This document shows positions 34,556 through 48,138 of a stretch of 64,000 nucleotides of DNA, piece by piece (the stretch's first letter is position 1; the number at the start of each line of letters is the position of its first letter). The notes beneath the pieces are model-generated. The model saw nothing but the letters and a program-made list of their open reading frames with translations, was not told the origin of the DNA and searched no databases. Made by a program: the position numbers and the translations under genes. Source of the DNA: Amoebophrya sp. A120 (lineage: Eukaryota > Protista > Dinoflagellata); NCBI GenBank assembly GCA_905178155.1, contig CAJINV010000002.1, positions 12,223,621 to 12,287,620 on the forward strand, read 5' to 3'.

Positions 34556-36807
34556 TCAGCGGCGGTGACTAAACACGCCACTGTTGAACGTGTTCTCCAT
34601 CGACGCGGCGTTCGTCTGCTTCCGGATGTTGCGGTAGGCCTGTAGGGAACGGGAACTTTGTGCGTGAAAATAGGGCGGTGCTTCAACATCAATATCTACG
34701 TACGGTCCTGGTAGGAAAAAGAAGCAAGTCAAACGAGCTGGCTTCGAGTAAAAGGAGTCTTTCAAATTTGAAAAAAAATTAGATGAACTGTACCCGCAGC
34801 CCCTTGTGCCAGAAGGATTCGTCGGCGTAGGGACCGTAGACCGCATCCGTCGGGGAGCCGAACCCAGTCCAGCGGTCCAAGCGGCGGCTGCCGGGCTGCC
34901 CCGGGTCCGAGTTCATGTAGTTGCTGTATTTGGAAGCGATTTCCGGGCGGTGGGGCAGCTTGATCACACCTGAAAGAGAAGTGAAATAGCAAGAATCTAC
35001 TTCTGCAGAGTCAATCGACCAATCGAATTTGAAAAGTCAACCCTGCGGTCGAACAGAAAACCATCACTCGTCGTCGTCACGTACAAAACTAGCAACTGAA
35101 GACAAAAGCGTTAAGCGTTAATATCGTGCACCTTCTAGCGAAAGTAGAAGAAGTAAAAGCGCAAATCCAGAAGCAAGTACCGGGCAGCAGGATGTTCCCC
35201 AAGCGATCGATGGTGACCTCGATGCGCGTGTCTTCGGAGGTGCGGACTTCGCTGCCACCCGTGGAAGCGGGACGACGGTTGTACTCCTCCTCTTCGACGG
35301 GGGCATCCGTGGACGAATCCTTCGTCACGAGCTGGTCCTGCGCGCCGGACATCGGAACCTGGTTGTGGACAGGTCGAAGATTCAGAAAACGCTATATCAA
35401 GCCCAAGCTGAAGGTGGCCCAGTTTGGGTCAATACAAAGAACAGTTCTGCAAGGATCGTCTGCTCTAGTATTAATGTCATTCCCAGCTGCAGTGCGGTGT
35501 AGTTCCTCTTCCTTCTTCTTCTTGTTCTTCTATAAAAACTACGAAAACTACTTTTCATCCAGAACATACCGATCCAGACTGCTCCGACGTTCCGGTGGCG
35601 AGGCGGTACGCGACTTCGTTCAGGTGCGAGTCGTACCGCACCTTCTCAAAGGCGACCCCCGGAGTACTGGTGAAGAATTCGCTCAACGTGTCACTGCTCG
35701 CCTGGTTCCGCGTCTGCGCCTGCGGACCGTCTTCAGCTGAGAGATTAATTGCAGGTTCAGATTGCCGTTGGTTGGAGCATTACAACAGGAACATATGCAT
35801 GCAGATACAGGGCACTCACACTCTTGCATTTGCATTTGATTTCATCGATCATATAACCACCAGTACTGCAGCAATTCATTTAATTTTGATTTTGAAATGA
35901 CCGGCAACATGCAGTCGAAAGCGTATCATATTCATTTTCGCACTCGAAAGTCCATCATCGCCAGAAGATCACAAGAAATAATTAACGGAGGGGAGTGGAC
36001 CCAGTAGGATGTAGTCCAACTATCTTGATCTTCACACAAACAAAATCAAAAAGCATCACATATACTTTCCATCCCGCTCGCCCACTCAAAGCCCATAGAA
36101 AGCTCGGAAAAGTCCTGCAATTCGATTTGGTTCATTTCCAAATCGGATCCCTCCGGCCCGCCATTTGCAGAGAGGACCGCATACAGAATACCTGAGGGTA
36201 GTGATGACAATCTTTTATTGTGCCGATCCCGATGGTCAATAAAATATTCATCAGAATGCATGTGGCATATATAAATTCATTGAGTCTGACATGACGAGCA
36301 TGACTTGAGTTGACGTGGCATCGCAATGTACATGACATCAAAAAGTCCTCGCCGGTTTTCAACTAATTCACTTTCACACAAACTCAACATACAAAAAAAA
36401 TGTGAATCAGGAAAAAACTGCAAAGTCGACCACGCACGGTGACAAAAACAAAAGCAAAACTCAAAAGAACCAGACATAATCATCTCAATACCGATCAATG
36501 CCAGGGTTGCGATGATTGCGAGTGCTGCGAGTTCCATCGCACTTGTGGCTCCGGCCTGTCCGCGTTTTTGCCCAGACGAGTTGAGAGTCTTCGTCGAATT
36601 CGGGCTTCCCGCCTTGGGTTTCCCCTTTGTGGCACATTTGTGGAAGCCCGTGTTGGTTTTTGTCGCCATGGTGCTGGATGTGGACTTGGAGTCGGCTCCG
36701 ATCGGCAACATGATCACGATTTTGGTATTGGCGAGTTGTATTTCTGCGGTCGTGATGCGATTGAAAAATTCGTGTCCGTCGACGCCCTCCTGTTTAGCGA
36801 GGTATGG
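34556..36807 (-). CDS. Multi-exon single-pass membrane protein of unknown function; first exon uncertain (possibly ATG 37317)
   Basis: Phase-consistent GT-AG chain 36807-36492, 36191-36066, 35736-35570, 35358-35181, 34969-34794, 34639-34556; the TM LAALAIIATLALI-GILYAVLSA is formed across a splice junction. Confidence 0.65.
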
Positions 36808-38377
36808 CTGGTAAGTTTCTCACCTCTTGAACGTCGCGCAGGCAGCTGTACTGGCACAGGGTGTTGCAGTGAGAAGAGAGACGAGTCAATGCTCTTATCC
36901 TCCTACGTTGGTTTTATTGCGCCGTCGAGTAAGTGTCTCGATCTCGAGGTCTACGATACGTATATACACAGTGTCAGTGTTGCAATTATTCGTTCTTGCT
37001 TCTACTTCTTCGAAGTCCGACTTTTCAGTATTGATTCGTACTTTTTTGTAGGCTAGCACGGTTACGTTTCCTCTACTAGCTTCCCCGAGGCCGCAAAGCA
37101 ACGAAAAAAGAAGTTTACTTACTTTGACTTTTTCTATGTTGTATTGAAGGGTCCTATAAAGTTAAAGAATAAGCCTTCACCACTACTTTACTGAGGGTTA
37201 CATGTATTGCTTTGGTATTACCTCCCAGATTACTTAGAAATTGAATACCAGGTGCGACTCGGTCGTGAGACGAGTGACGTCTTTCCCAGCACTACACGAC
37301 AACGACCCGAATATCATCGCTCTTCATGATAGACTTCTTGGTTCGATTGGTTGCACATATACCACGACGATTACGACATCCCGCGAAAACACGTCGATGG
37401 TGCGACTCTCCTTCTCACAATCCTGCACCACGACTAGGACTACGACGAGACGTAAGTTTCTTCTTGCCAGCGACACAGCGAATGGCCTGTCGAACAACTT
37501 TTTACGACTTTTCTGCATCTGCTCTCAGTGGTACACGAAGCGAGGAAGAGGATTCTCAAACTCAATGACGAATTGGAATTATATTGCGATCAAGTTAGTT
37601 AAATTAGAATTACTTCACCGGTGCATTCAGATTCGGAGATAAGAAATGCAAAAACAGATGACTTCAAAAAATCGATGGGTTGCCAGATAGCGTGCGAGGA
37701 GGAGTATGTAGAACAAGAAACCATCGGCACGCGATGGACCAGTAGCTTGGTTCTACGTGCAGAAAACAAGTAGGTAAGAAGCATATTTTTGATTTTGCAG
37801 CTCCAGCAGGTCCCAACTACATAAACCTTTTTCATTTTCGGGATAGCTCAACAGCAACAGGCACAAGGACACGTTGACAGAAGTTCTGCTATGCTGCTCT
37901 CAAAAATCTATCAATATCAGGAGGGGCATCTGTAGAAATTATCTTTATCGTTGTCTCTCTGTAAGTCGTTTGTTTTCCGAGATGGCACGAGAAGCCCCTT
38001 TTCTACAATAACGGTGTAAGCGAATCCGAATATTCAGAAAAAATCGCACATATCGCACCTCAAAACCGAGACAATCAGGAGAAGAAGAAGATAGTAATCT
38101 AGCTCGCAGAACATAACCTTCTTGAAGATATATCTAATGAAGAAGAACTGAGTTTAATGTACTTGGTACTACCCACCATATGCGTGAGTAGTTGTGAAGC
38201 TGTCACTGGAAGGACGCTACGGCTACAGAGTCGCTGTCGTTGTCGTCGAGCCATATTTTCCATTCATGACAGACAGTCGCGAATTATTGTTGAAAAAAAG
38301 CTCTACATCGAAGTTTTGTGAATTCTTTGACAGGCAGCGCAGTTCGTTGTGAATTACCTGCAAACTCACGACGTGCC

Positions 38378-40753
38378 TCACAACAGCGTTGCCTCGGCCG
38401 AGACCACGGCTTCGGCCTCCGCTTCTGCCTCCTCCTGTTGCGTTAGCAGATTTTGCATGGCATTGGCCCCCTGCTGTGCGGCGGACGCGGACGATGCGTC
38501 TTCCCCGGCGGCGGACGGGCCCGTATCCTGGTCGGCGACACTGCCGAAGAAGTCCGCCAGCGACTGGTCATTCGCGGAGGCGGTAGGCGTTGCGTCCATC
38601 TCCTGGACCGCCGCCGAGGTGGAATTATCCACAGCGAGGTCATGCTTGTCCATTTCCGTTTGCAGGAAGCTGTCGTCCACGGTGACAGGTGCTGTGGATC
38701 AGTTGTGAAGAAATGCAAAGCTGCAACATACCGAAGACACTGTCCTCACTGAGGCTATTTGCGGGTGGTAAAACAAAAACTACAGCAGTGTGACCGTTCC
38801 GGTTGTCTTTGGCTTTGACTACACTTTTACATTCCATTGCCATTGGAATGTAAATGTATGGAAATCAATTGAAACACAACCCCACTGAATCGACGGATTC
38901 TTTTTTGTCCCACAAAAGAAAAAGAATAACGCGATTCCTGACAAAACTAGAATGAAAAGAAAAAGCTCAACAATCGTTACCTGCCGTGTCCGCATCCAGT
39001 GCTTCCGTCGTTCCACCAGCTATGGCGTCCGCACTGTTTGCGACCGTCGTTGTGGTGAAAATGATCGGGTCCGGGTTCTCCACCACGACGGCTCCTGCGC
39101 TGTCGGTTGCAGCGCTTGCTCCCGCCAAGACGGGGGAAACGACTTCCGCGTCAGCCCCCGCGCCCGACACGAAGTCGGCCGCGTATCCTGTGCAAAAGTA
39201 TCGTACTCGTAGTAATCCCATTCATGCATTACAAGCTTCTTTCTCAAGTTAAATCCGCATTACAAATTTTCTTTCTCATGCTGAGGAAATTTGTATTGCA
39301 ATTCATACTAGTACGATACTTTTGCAATGCATACCGCGGCACCCGCAACAACACCGGGGATGGCGGAGGAGCCCGCCACGTCGGACAGCCCGATGGAGTC
39401 CCCCAGGCCGAGGGGAAAAGGAGGATGGTCGTCCTCAGTCATGACCGGACGGTCGAGTAACCGAACGGCCTCCTCCGCGTCGTCCTCAGAAATCCCCGTC
39501 ATCGGGTCGGTCTTGACGAAGTGATCCACCATGTGGCTGCCGTCCGTCTGCTTAAACAAGTCCCAATCGTCCAAAGCGATCCAATTGCCTGAAAAGTTAT
39601 AGGTCGTGTGGGTAGGTACAACTACAAGATCGATGCCCTTCGCCGCAAAACTCAAACTTCACTTGGAAGGGAAATCAATCTCCTGTCTACTTCTGAAAAC
39701 TTTTATTTCGTGGTGTTTAATGTCCACTAGAAGAGGCACGTGCTTTAGTCGTAGCGGACATCATCACTCTCCAATCAAGTACTATAATCAACACATTTTA
39801 GTCCTACCTTTGAACCCCGGATGCTCCTTGACCCAGTTGTAGATCTCTGTTGCGCGACATTCCACGCCCCGGCACAGGCTTGGCGTGGCCCCCACGATGC
39901 GGTCCGCCAAGTGGTTCTTTGTCATGGATAGGCGCGTGAAAAGCATGTCAACCAGTTGCGGCGACTTGCGCCAATGGGACGACAAAACGATCTGCGCGTC
40001 GCTGTCGCCAACAACTTGGTCCAGCCGGGAGATCAGCTTGTCGTTCAGCATCGCGTCCTCCGTTTCGTTATTCAACACTCCATCGACGTCCTGGAAAATC
40101 AGGGGTCGTGTGGGGTCGAGAAGATGCCGGGAAACGTCCCCGCCCGACGTTCTCGTCACGGCATTGCAGTCAATCTTGCGAATCGGGGTGGAGAGCTGGA
40201 GTTGGTGCTCGTCGTCGGGTGAAGCCACGGCCGACGTCGAGGAGGAAGAGGACGTGCTGGCACCACTACCAGTTGCCGGGGGCGTCTCGTGATCTTCAGC
40301 TCGTTCGTCGTCGGCAGCACCACTGCTGGTGTACTCGCGAGCCCCCTCGACGCTGTCCTGCAACTCCAATTTCTCGCATTTCTGCAGCGTTGTGTTGTGT
40401 GCTCGCACCTGCTCCTGGAAGTATGGCGCTTTTTCGATGCTCAAAAAGGACGAAGAAGAGGAAGATGCGCCTCTGGCAGGTCCAGTGATCGCTGCTCCGG
40501 AGTTAATCACAGGTGGCTCCTGGAGTGGTCGTGATGTCGCACCGTCTAAGAAGTTGCTGCGCAGAGATACATTTCTTGTCGGGTTCTTGGAGGTCAGCAG
40601 TGTTGCTGACGTTGCCCCAAAGCTGCTGTGGTCGTCGTGCGCAGTGGAAAGCAGTGATGGCTGAAGCTGATGCGCGGCGGCTGCAGCATCGTAATGACCA
40701 GCGCCGTCGGACCCAGCCGAAAGATGGTGCAACAGCTCGGACAAGATCGGCAT
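38378..40753 (-). CDS. HAD phosphatase of the 'Swiss Army Knife RNA repair' type (HAD_SAK_2-like) flanked by low-complexity regions (~570 aa)
   Basis: Exons 40753-39808, 39588-39334, 39178-38981 and 38691-38378 (1713 nt). Motifs IFQDVDGVLN, IVLSSHWR, GATP...RATEIYNWV, WIALDDWDL, FVKTDPMTGIS. Confidence 0.82.
39184..39333. mobile_element. 150-bp TIR introner (family B), TSD CCGCG
   Basis: TATCCTGTGCAAAAGTATCGTACTCGTA / TACTAGTACGATACTTTTGCAATGCATA; CCGCG at 39179-39183 and 39334-39338; excision gives VVAGAA-ADFVSGAG. Confidence 0.93.
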
Positions 40754-41582
40754 TTTTGAAGATATGAAAAAGAAAATGAAAATGTATCGCAAATAAGTAT
40801 CTCGATGCGATCGGCGCGCCTGAGGGTGAGCTTGAACGCTACGATTAACGTTGTTGTAGCCATATCCTTGTTTCGAAATACCGGTTGAATAATTTGTGAG
40901 CGTCCATTGCATCCTCGACCGAAGAATGAACTGAATCTCTCCGAAAGCTCGCGCTCGTTAAGCAACTGTCGAGCTCATCTTTATCAAAACCACGCTTCAC
41001 CAGTTTGAAGAAATTTACATGAAAAATCATACCGGCGTCGCTCGTCTCGCTGCGAACTTTGGTTCTTCAATTCCTGTTGCATTTGCGTTCATTGGTTGAT
41101 GTACGCGACTCAGTTATAAACTCAGAGACTTGGACTCCTACAATTGACTTCTCTTTCGTATTTTGCTCCTGCTCCTTCCCTCGAAGATCGAAAACTAGAT
41201 ACTCGACGATCACGATTGACGATAGCAGGCACTGAGAACTTCTAAAAAAATCAGAATGCAACAGAACGAGACAAAGCAAGGCCATATGACACTTAGCAAC
41301 GCACGATAAACGATGGCCTGGGTCCAAGAAAGTCAAAGTCAGCGACGCAATCGCGGCTGCAAAGAAGTTCCTTCACTCGAGCCCCGTGTTTGTGGCAGAA
41401 GTGCCTAATCAAACTCATTAATGTTTTGTCTTTTTCGTCATGATGCCACGTTGCAATTGAAGCAGGCTGCATCTCGTCAGGTGCACACGAATATTCGAAA
41501 GAACTAGCAGCATGGAACCAACGAGCACAGCGGTCTCGGAATCGGAGACAGTAGCTTCCCTTGCACCTGCTCACACTTTCGC

Positions 41583-42738
41583 TTACGCAGTGACAGTGTC
41601 CAGTAGTATGCTCCTACGCTCGAAGATGGCTTTTGCTCGATGGTCTGCTATGTCCTGCTTCATAATACCTGTTGGGTTTTTTCGCCCAAAAAAATAATGA
41701 CACACGATGTCAACACATACCCACAGCCAGACCTAAGGATTTCCTTCGCTGATGTTTATTTTCTTCCCACAAAACATGTATGACGAAGCTCAAACTTTTT
41801 GATCCAAAAGTTGTAACATAAAGCCGTACTCTTCTGCAGCGCCTCGTCTTGTCGTGCGATAAGGCCTTTGCGACAGGTATCGAAAGCAGCAAAGGCATCC
41901 GTGCATTTGGAATCCGACGCTTCTCCGCTGACCGCTGTGTCGCGTAGGCAGCGGAGGTAGGCAGAGCCTGAGAGATATTCATAATTTGATATTTCGTTGC
42001 ATACGTCGCAAAAAAACGTCTCTGTCAACATCTTCACATCGAAGATAATTCAGCTGCTGCAAAGAAACATGACATCGAAATTGCGTTGACCGTCATTATC
42101 TATCGTAGATCATGCAGCTTATACCAGGTATTCTGCACAAATGGTCCATGTCCGTGGCGTCGCGGAACGTTTTGAGGTACATCTCGGCCTTCATGACCTT
42201 TGCGCTCTGGGACAAACCGCTCTCCAGGACCGGCTTGCCAAATACCAAGTCTCCCCATATGACGCGCTGCGTCGGCGGGAGAGCAGAATTGTTCAGTGAA
42301 AGACCTGCAAAGATACAACACGCTGCGTACCCTTCTTGTTCTCGATGCAGCTGCGACAGCGTGCAAGGTTGAATTCTTCAGCTTGACGAGTTTCAATTTT
42401 TAGAACAGATAAAAACGCGGAAAGAGATCTTCAAACTCATGAAGTGAGCATACTTCGTCATAGAAACGCCTTGAAGATGGATGTAAAAAAAAATCAAGTG
42501 ATATTTCTACCAGTGAAGTTCTTTTCATCAAGAGCCTTCTTGATTGACAGACCGCGTTCCATCTCGATTCGGCGGCTGAGAAACCAGTCCTTGAGCTCGC
42601 CTGAGAGCCCATCCAGCTCCAGTTTCGTGTACGCATCATACTGGTCTTGGTTCTTCCCCATCTTCGTGATACTGCGCTCCCGCTCTACTGCCTCTGGTGG
42701 AATCAATGGAATACGTAAATCGTGATCTTTTCCACCCT
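41583..42738 (-). CDS. ATPTG7: Mitochondrial ATP synthase accessory CHCH subunit, similar to Toxoplasma ATPTG7
   Basis: GT-AG introns 42510-42305, 42124-41968 and 41829-41669 give KLEL...ELKDWFLSRRI...NFTGLSLNN...QRVIWGDLV.GKP...CRIPGSAYLRC...CTDAFAAFDTC...RAKAIFERRSILLD, with a twin CX9C. The name is from recalled similarity, not a search; the start is ATG 42661 or further upstream. Confidence 0.8.
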
Positions 42739-43647
42739 CTGTGTTGATGCACAGATGCACTATCGTCGATCGTTTACCGAAGGTCTGCAGCTGTTGGTCA
42801 ACCTACTTCTAAGCGCCGCAAGCAGAAAGAAAGCACTGCTCTTTCTAGTTCTAGTCTTGAAGCCGGAGCTGCTTAAAATTATTAACGGTAATCCTAACTA
42901 ATAGCATTTGCACGAAAAAAACGACAAAGACGTGCACAGATTGTTTGCGCGTATCAACATCTGCATGTAAAAGCACAAGCAGCTCTGGTCAGCACGCACA
43001 AAACCAGAAACTAGTCATCCGTCGCCATGGACCAGAAGACCGGAAGCGACACCTAACGACAACGAAGTCGGCAAAAAACCTGAGACCGAATAAATCTTGT
43101 ATATGTATAAGTTACTTCATCATAAAAATCATTGTCGGCCAGATATTCCTGAAGAACACCACGACGATTTTTGCCAACGACCAGAAACAAGATGCTTATG
43201 CAGGAGCAGGATGCACCAGCGGCCCAACTCGCGCGCATATTTTCGGAAGACCCGCGGACAGAGGCTGAGCAGAATTTGTTTCTAAACAAACTCGTTCAAC
43301 CTGCAATTTTAAAGCATCAAACCGTTTTCACTTGCCGCTTCCCCGGGAGCGACGGAACGTCTACATTTTTTGCGCTTTGAATTCATCGACTTCAGTGCGG
43401 TAGTGAGGCTAAGTTTGTCTTTATTGTAACTCATAGATTTTGATGAGAAGTAGGGTTTCTTGAAACAGAAACTGAAACATCAGTGCCGGTGCATTTCTTG
43501 GCGGTTCATTATCATTTTCATTGCGCGGCCGCGACAAGCAACTTGCATATGCTTCATTTATCAATCTTGTGCTACTTGTTCGAACTCAAGAAAGGTCTAA
43601 ACCAATAAACTAACGCCCTTCGCCGATCAACAACACCGCGGCCGCGA

Positions 43648-43998
43648 TCACGATGGTCTGGTGGACATGGAGAACGGCTTGCTGGAGGGATTCTGGTCAA
43701 TTGCGTCGCGGTTGAATTCCCGTTTCCTTTCTCGCTGCTCGCGGTCCTGCTCTTTTTTCCAGTACTCTTGCGCCATGCGGCCGACTGCGGACGTCGACTC
43801 GGACAAGGAGCCCACAACCGGCGATGCTCTCTTGGTTGCGGAAACGTAGGCGGGCTTCAAGGTCGGCCCGGGACCCAGGCCGCCGGCAGCGCCCGAAGGT
43901 GGACCGACCGGCGACAAGCGGGGCATTCCCGGTGGCACCGCAGTTGCCGCTCCGGACACCGGGATGCGGTGGGTGCTGGTGGTTGGCGTGACGACCAT
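43648..43998 (-). CDS. Small hypothetical protein (116 aa), Pro/Gly-rich with a charged helix
   Basis: GC-rich ORF MVVTPTTS...AQEYWKKEQDREQRERKREF on the cluster strand with AT-rich flanks. Confidence 0.55.
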   Translation of the reverse strand: MVVTPTTSTHRIPVSGAATAVPPGMPRLSPVGPPSGAAGGLGPGPTLKPAYVSATKRASPVVGSLSESTSAVGRMAQEYWKKEQDREQRERKREFNRDAIDQNPSSKPFSMSTRPS

Positions 43999-45123
43999 CG
44001 TGTATTCGTGGTTGTTTTTCTTGTTGCGCTCAGAAATTTTTGTGGCTAATCCGAATGTCAATGTATGTTTTCTTGTATTCGGCGACGGAAACAAAGAGAA
44101 TGACTGAACGAATTGTGAAAAGAAAAAAATAATTTTTACTCGAGGTGTTCGAGGACGTTCTTGCCACTGTGTAGTAAGTGATTCGAACAAGTTTTCGTAT
44201 CTTGTCTTCGTGGGTGTTCACATTCAGCAAGAATCAAAAAACGCAGAAACGAAGTGGCAAAGCGACACATATTGGTTCATGCGCTTGCTGCAAGAACATA
44301 CTGCTCGGGCGAGGACGACATCAAATATATGAACGTGCTGACTTCCGCTCGTCTCATTCTCTCCCCTCTGTGGGCCGTCCTCCCTCTCGCTCGAATATTA
44401 ATCAAGTTGTTCGGAGTTCCAAATCCAACTCACTGCGGGCTCTCCCTCTCGGGGAAGAAACCTTCGCATGATTCGCTCGATGTCGATCAAAAACTGTTAG
44501 TACTGCAACTGCATTTCAACTGTATGATCTATATGATTGTGATAACAGAGACAGAGAAAAATGATGTATGAACAAGGAGAGAAGCAAAGGCATCAAACAA
44601 GGGGTGACAGAATAATTCCACCCACAGCGACCTGCCTACACTCCAGAGGGTTCTCCGTGTGTGGCAGCTAGATCAGACGTATAGTTTTGCTTGGTGCAAC
44701 CACACACACACTGACTTTATTGATGGCGTTCAACATAATAATTTCTAAATCGGAAAAAAAAATTGTTGTGTGGCTTGATTGGTCTCGCAGAAAGTCTGGA
44801 AAAAAACAAGTGCAAGTCCATGCAGTAGATGAAGGTCCACCATCATAGCATCACCAGCATGGTAGATCGTGAAAAAAAAAACTTAAACTTACTAGTATCG
44901 ATTGGTCAATCGCAAGAAATAGAAAATCATACAAACGTAATCGAGCTCGTCCCACAGCTTCTCGTCCACTGTCTTAACCTGACATGGGTCCTCCATGATC
45001 TGGTACACTCACGACGTGCGGATTACAAGCGTAGCGCCTACTTTCTCCAAAGTCCTCCTTCTTCTTAGGCAGCCCTGCTCTTAATGAGGCAACTCGTCTA
45101 CACGGCTTGATAGGTTTTTCGGA

Positions 45124-48038
45124 TTACGCTCCCTCCAGGATCTTCAGGGCTTCCTGCAGACTCTGGATTTCCTCTTGCCTCTTGGCCACCCGATCTTCGA
45201 ACGACGACGCGTTGATGCAGGAGGGTTTCAGGGACTCCTCGTACTCCTTCATGGCCTGGTTGAGCAACTCCGTTTCCATTTCCAAATCCTCAGTCTCGGC
45301 CTGCTTCCGCGCGATTTGGTTCTGGATGGTGGATTTGTTGTGCTTGATGGTCTCCTTCGCCACCGCGATCGCAGATTTCAGGTCGGTCAGCGTCTTGTTG
45401 TACTCTTCGATAGCCGCCGTCTCGGCGCGCTTGCGCTCCGCCGTCTGCTTCTCCGTGTCCTCGCCGATCACTTCCAGCATGGCCACAATCGACCCAAACC
45501 CACCGACGTACCTGATAGATTGCGGTTCTGGTTTGCTCCAGTTCGCTTTTATTGCCTGGACGAAGAAATTTGAATCTATATCACGATATCAAGGACAGCG
45601 ATGTTGCTTCCCAACGAACCAAACTAGAGAGTGACAGCACGGCACGAACTTTCAATAACACATTATACTTATAGAAAGTCTTCGACTTGTTGCGCTTTCA
45701 AGAACGCTGGGGCAAAAGCAAATATTGGGCTGCATATATTATAACATCATCAAACCAGAGTGGTGTACTCATCATCCAACGCGGCCGGCTGCTTCTTCGC
45801 GTTTTCTTGCAGTTTGTCACTGGCCTTGGAGAAGACCGTGCGGACCTGCAACAGCATGGATTTCGTGTTGAAGGACTCCATGATCTGGATGGCGTACTCC
45901 ACCGCTTCCATGACCTCCTTGGCGTCCTTCACGGCCTCGTCGAAGGCTTTTTTTTCCTCCACCCGGTCCGCCTGCAGGCTGGCCACCTTGTCGCTCTGGT
46001 CCTTGATCTGCTGGTCCAGCTCCTTGTTTTCCTCCGTGCGCGTCTCCACGTCCGCGGTGACCGCCTCGATCACGGACTTGTGGCCGTCCACCTTGGCGGT
46101 GCGCTCCTCGCGCAGGGCCTTGTTTTTCGCCAGCTCGCTGTCGCACCAGGCCTTGTGCGTCTGCTCCTGCGCGGCCTCGGTTTCCAGCCGCTGGATCAGG
46201 TCCTGGATCAGCTTGAGCACCTTGTCGAAGGGCGAGTCCTTGGCGCTCAGCTTCTGCTCCACCTCGGTCCGCGTCTCCAGCTGGGCCAGCAGTCGGCTGT
46301 TCAGCTTCGCGGCCTGCTGCTGCAGAAACACCTGCATCTTGTGCAGCCGCTGCACGTTGATCGTCTTTTTGGTGGCGGTAGCGGCCGCGGTGGACGTGGC
46401 AGAAAAAACCTGGAGAAACGACGCGGCTTGCAGCAGCGCGTCCTTCTCGCCCTTGCTGATGTCGGATTCCACCTGCAAAAACAGGGCCTTGTGCTTCACG
46501 GCGTCCAGCGCCTCCACGCACTGCGCGATCGCATCCAGCTCCTCCTGCATGGCCTGCGCGCGCCGGGCCGCCAGCTCCGCCTTCTGCTTGCAAACGCGCT
46601 TAGTGTCCGAGAGGGACTTTTTGGTCTTCTTCAAATCCTCGGCCGCGGCATCGCGATCGGCGGCCGCTTGCGCGCTCTCCTGCCCGGCCTCCGCAGCATC
46701 CTGCTCTTTGGTAGCGGCTGTGTTTTTTGACATTGACTTGTACTTGGAAGAGCATATTTCCTCTTCAAAAAATCTACAACACGTTGGTTTCGGTTTCCTA
46801 GCCCCACTCTATTGTTTTGGCTTTCAACTACATCTTGACTGTTGAACTTTATTATGATTACCTTTGCCAGGTTGTCGCACACACACCACTACCACAAAAA
46901 CTGAAACGAGAGAAGAATGTAAGTAAAGCGCCAAAGTTACCGCATCAAGAAGTGGAGCTGGAGGCTTCCATTTATTACAGATAGCCCAATCCTACACCTA
47001 CTCCTAGCTATCGACATGTTGACTTACCCTCGTTATTCGCGGTTTCGATCTGGTGCTCCAGGTCCATGCGCTGTTGCGTGTAAGCGTGAATGGCGTTCTG
47101 TTCGGCGACTTCCGCGGCGTTCTTCTCGGACTGAAACTTGTCCTCCAGCTGCTGCAGCAGGCGGATGACATCCTTAAAAACCTTGCCCTGTTCGTACGCC
47201 ACGCCGGGCTCCTGCTGGTCCAGAGACGTGGTAGTCGTGGCGAGAAACGACGTCAGCGCCCGCATCTGGCGCGCCGGGGAGGCGGCACTTCCCGTGAGCA
47301 CCGCCGCGAGCTGGTCCTTCATCTGCAGCAGCGCCGTGGCGGGAATGGACTGCACCTTGCTCTGCATGGTCAGGATAGCACGGTCGATCGCGTCCAGCGA
47401 TTCGGCGTAGTCCGTAATAGTTGCCTTGGCCTCGGCAGCTTCTTTTTCCCGCACGGCGGTAATGTCGGCCAGCGTCTTCTGGTCTTCCGTCACCTTCGCC
47501 CGCAGGGCCTGGGCCTCCTCCGTGAACGCCTTCTGCTTAGCAGCTTCGGACTCTGACCGGGCACCATATTTGTCGACCTGAAGATAAAGTAACAGCAGAA
47601 ACTGAAACAGCTCCATTAATAGAGCATTTCAAGTGTAAGTTTGATGATAATCATGGTGGCGATGCTTACAAGTTCATTTTTTAAGTAAGTACTTATTTTC
47701 CTTTTCGCAGAAACAAGTTTAACGTTGCAGTCGTGCGATGGAAATTACGATTACATACACGCAGGCAACTCTTTTTCTACATCAACATCACTCATGGTCA
47801 CCTTCTTTACCTTTTCCTCCAAGTTCTCAATTTCCGCTTCGAGCGAAGTTTGTTCGCCGGTGCACCACTGGGAATAGGCAGCCGCAATCACGGCGTCTTC
47901 GTGCATCATTTTTTTCGTTTCATCCTCCTTTGAGCCCAGCAATTCGATCACTTTAAACATTCCCGTGGACTGGGCCCGGCAGCTACCGACGAGCAGTGCG
48001 GCACCGACGGCCGCAAGCTTCGACATGGATGGAGCCAT
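45124..48038 (-). CDS. Secreted coiled-coil protein, dinoflagellate trichocyst-matrix-like family, 4 exons
   Basis: Signal peptide KLAAVGAALLVGSCRA; two-fold repeat with KVIELL...QWC / PFDKVLKLIQDL...KAWCDSEL; ALLQ/SFLQ linkers; C-terminal RQEEIQSLQEALKILEG. Exons ~48038-47802, 47577-47029, ~46742-45756 and ~45555-45124. Confidence 0.75.
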
Positions 48039-48138
48039 CTTGGTCTACTTCACAACAACTGCAACGTGGTCGAGGTCTTGACACAGCTCGGAGAAGTGAA
48101 GCAATTGCTACGGCTAGTGGAAGAGACAGGAACGACGC

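Noticed and set aside
35570-35736. Possible in-frame TGA (selenocysteine) in this exon
   Set aside because: The phase-consistent frame (EDGPQAQTRNQ...) is fully open; the TGA is in another frame.
45687-46845. 347-aa and 361-aa plus-strand ORFs (also 14982-16380, 914-2101)
   Set aside because: Antisense shadows of GC3-rich minus-strand exons.
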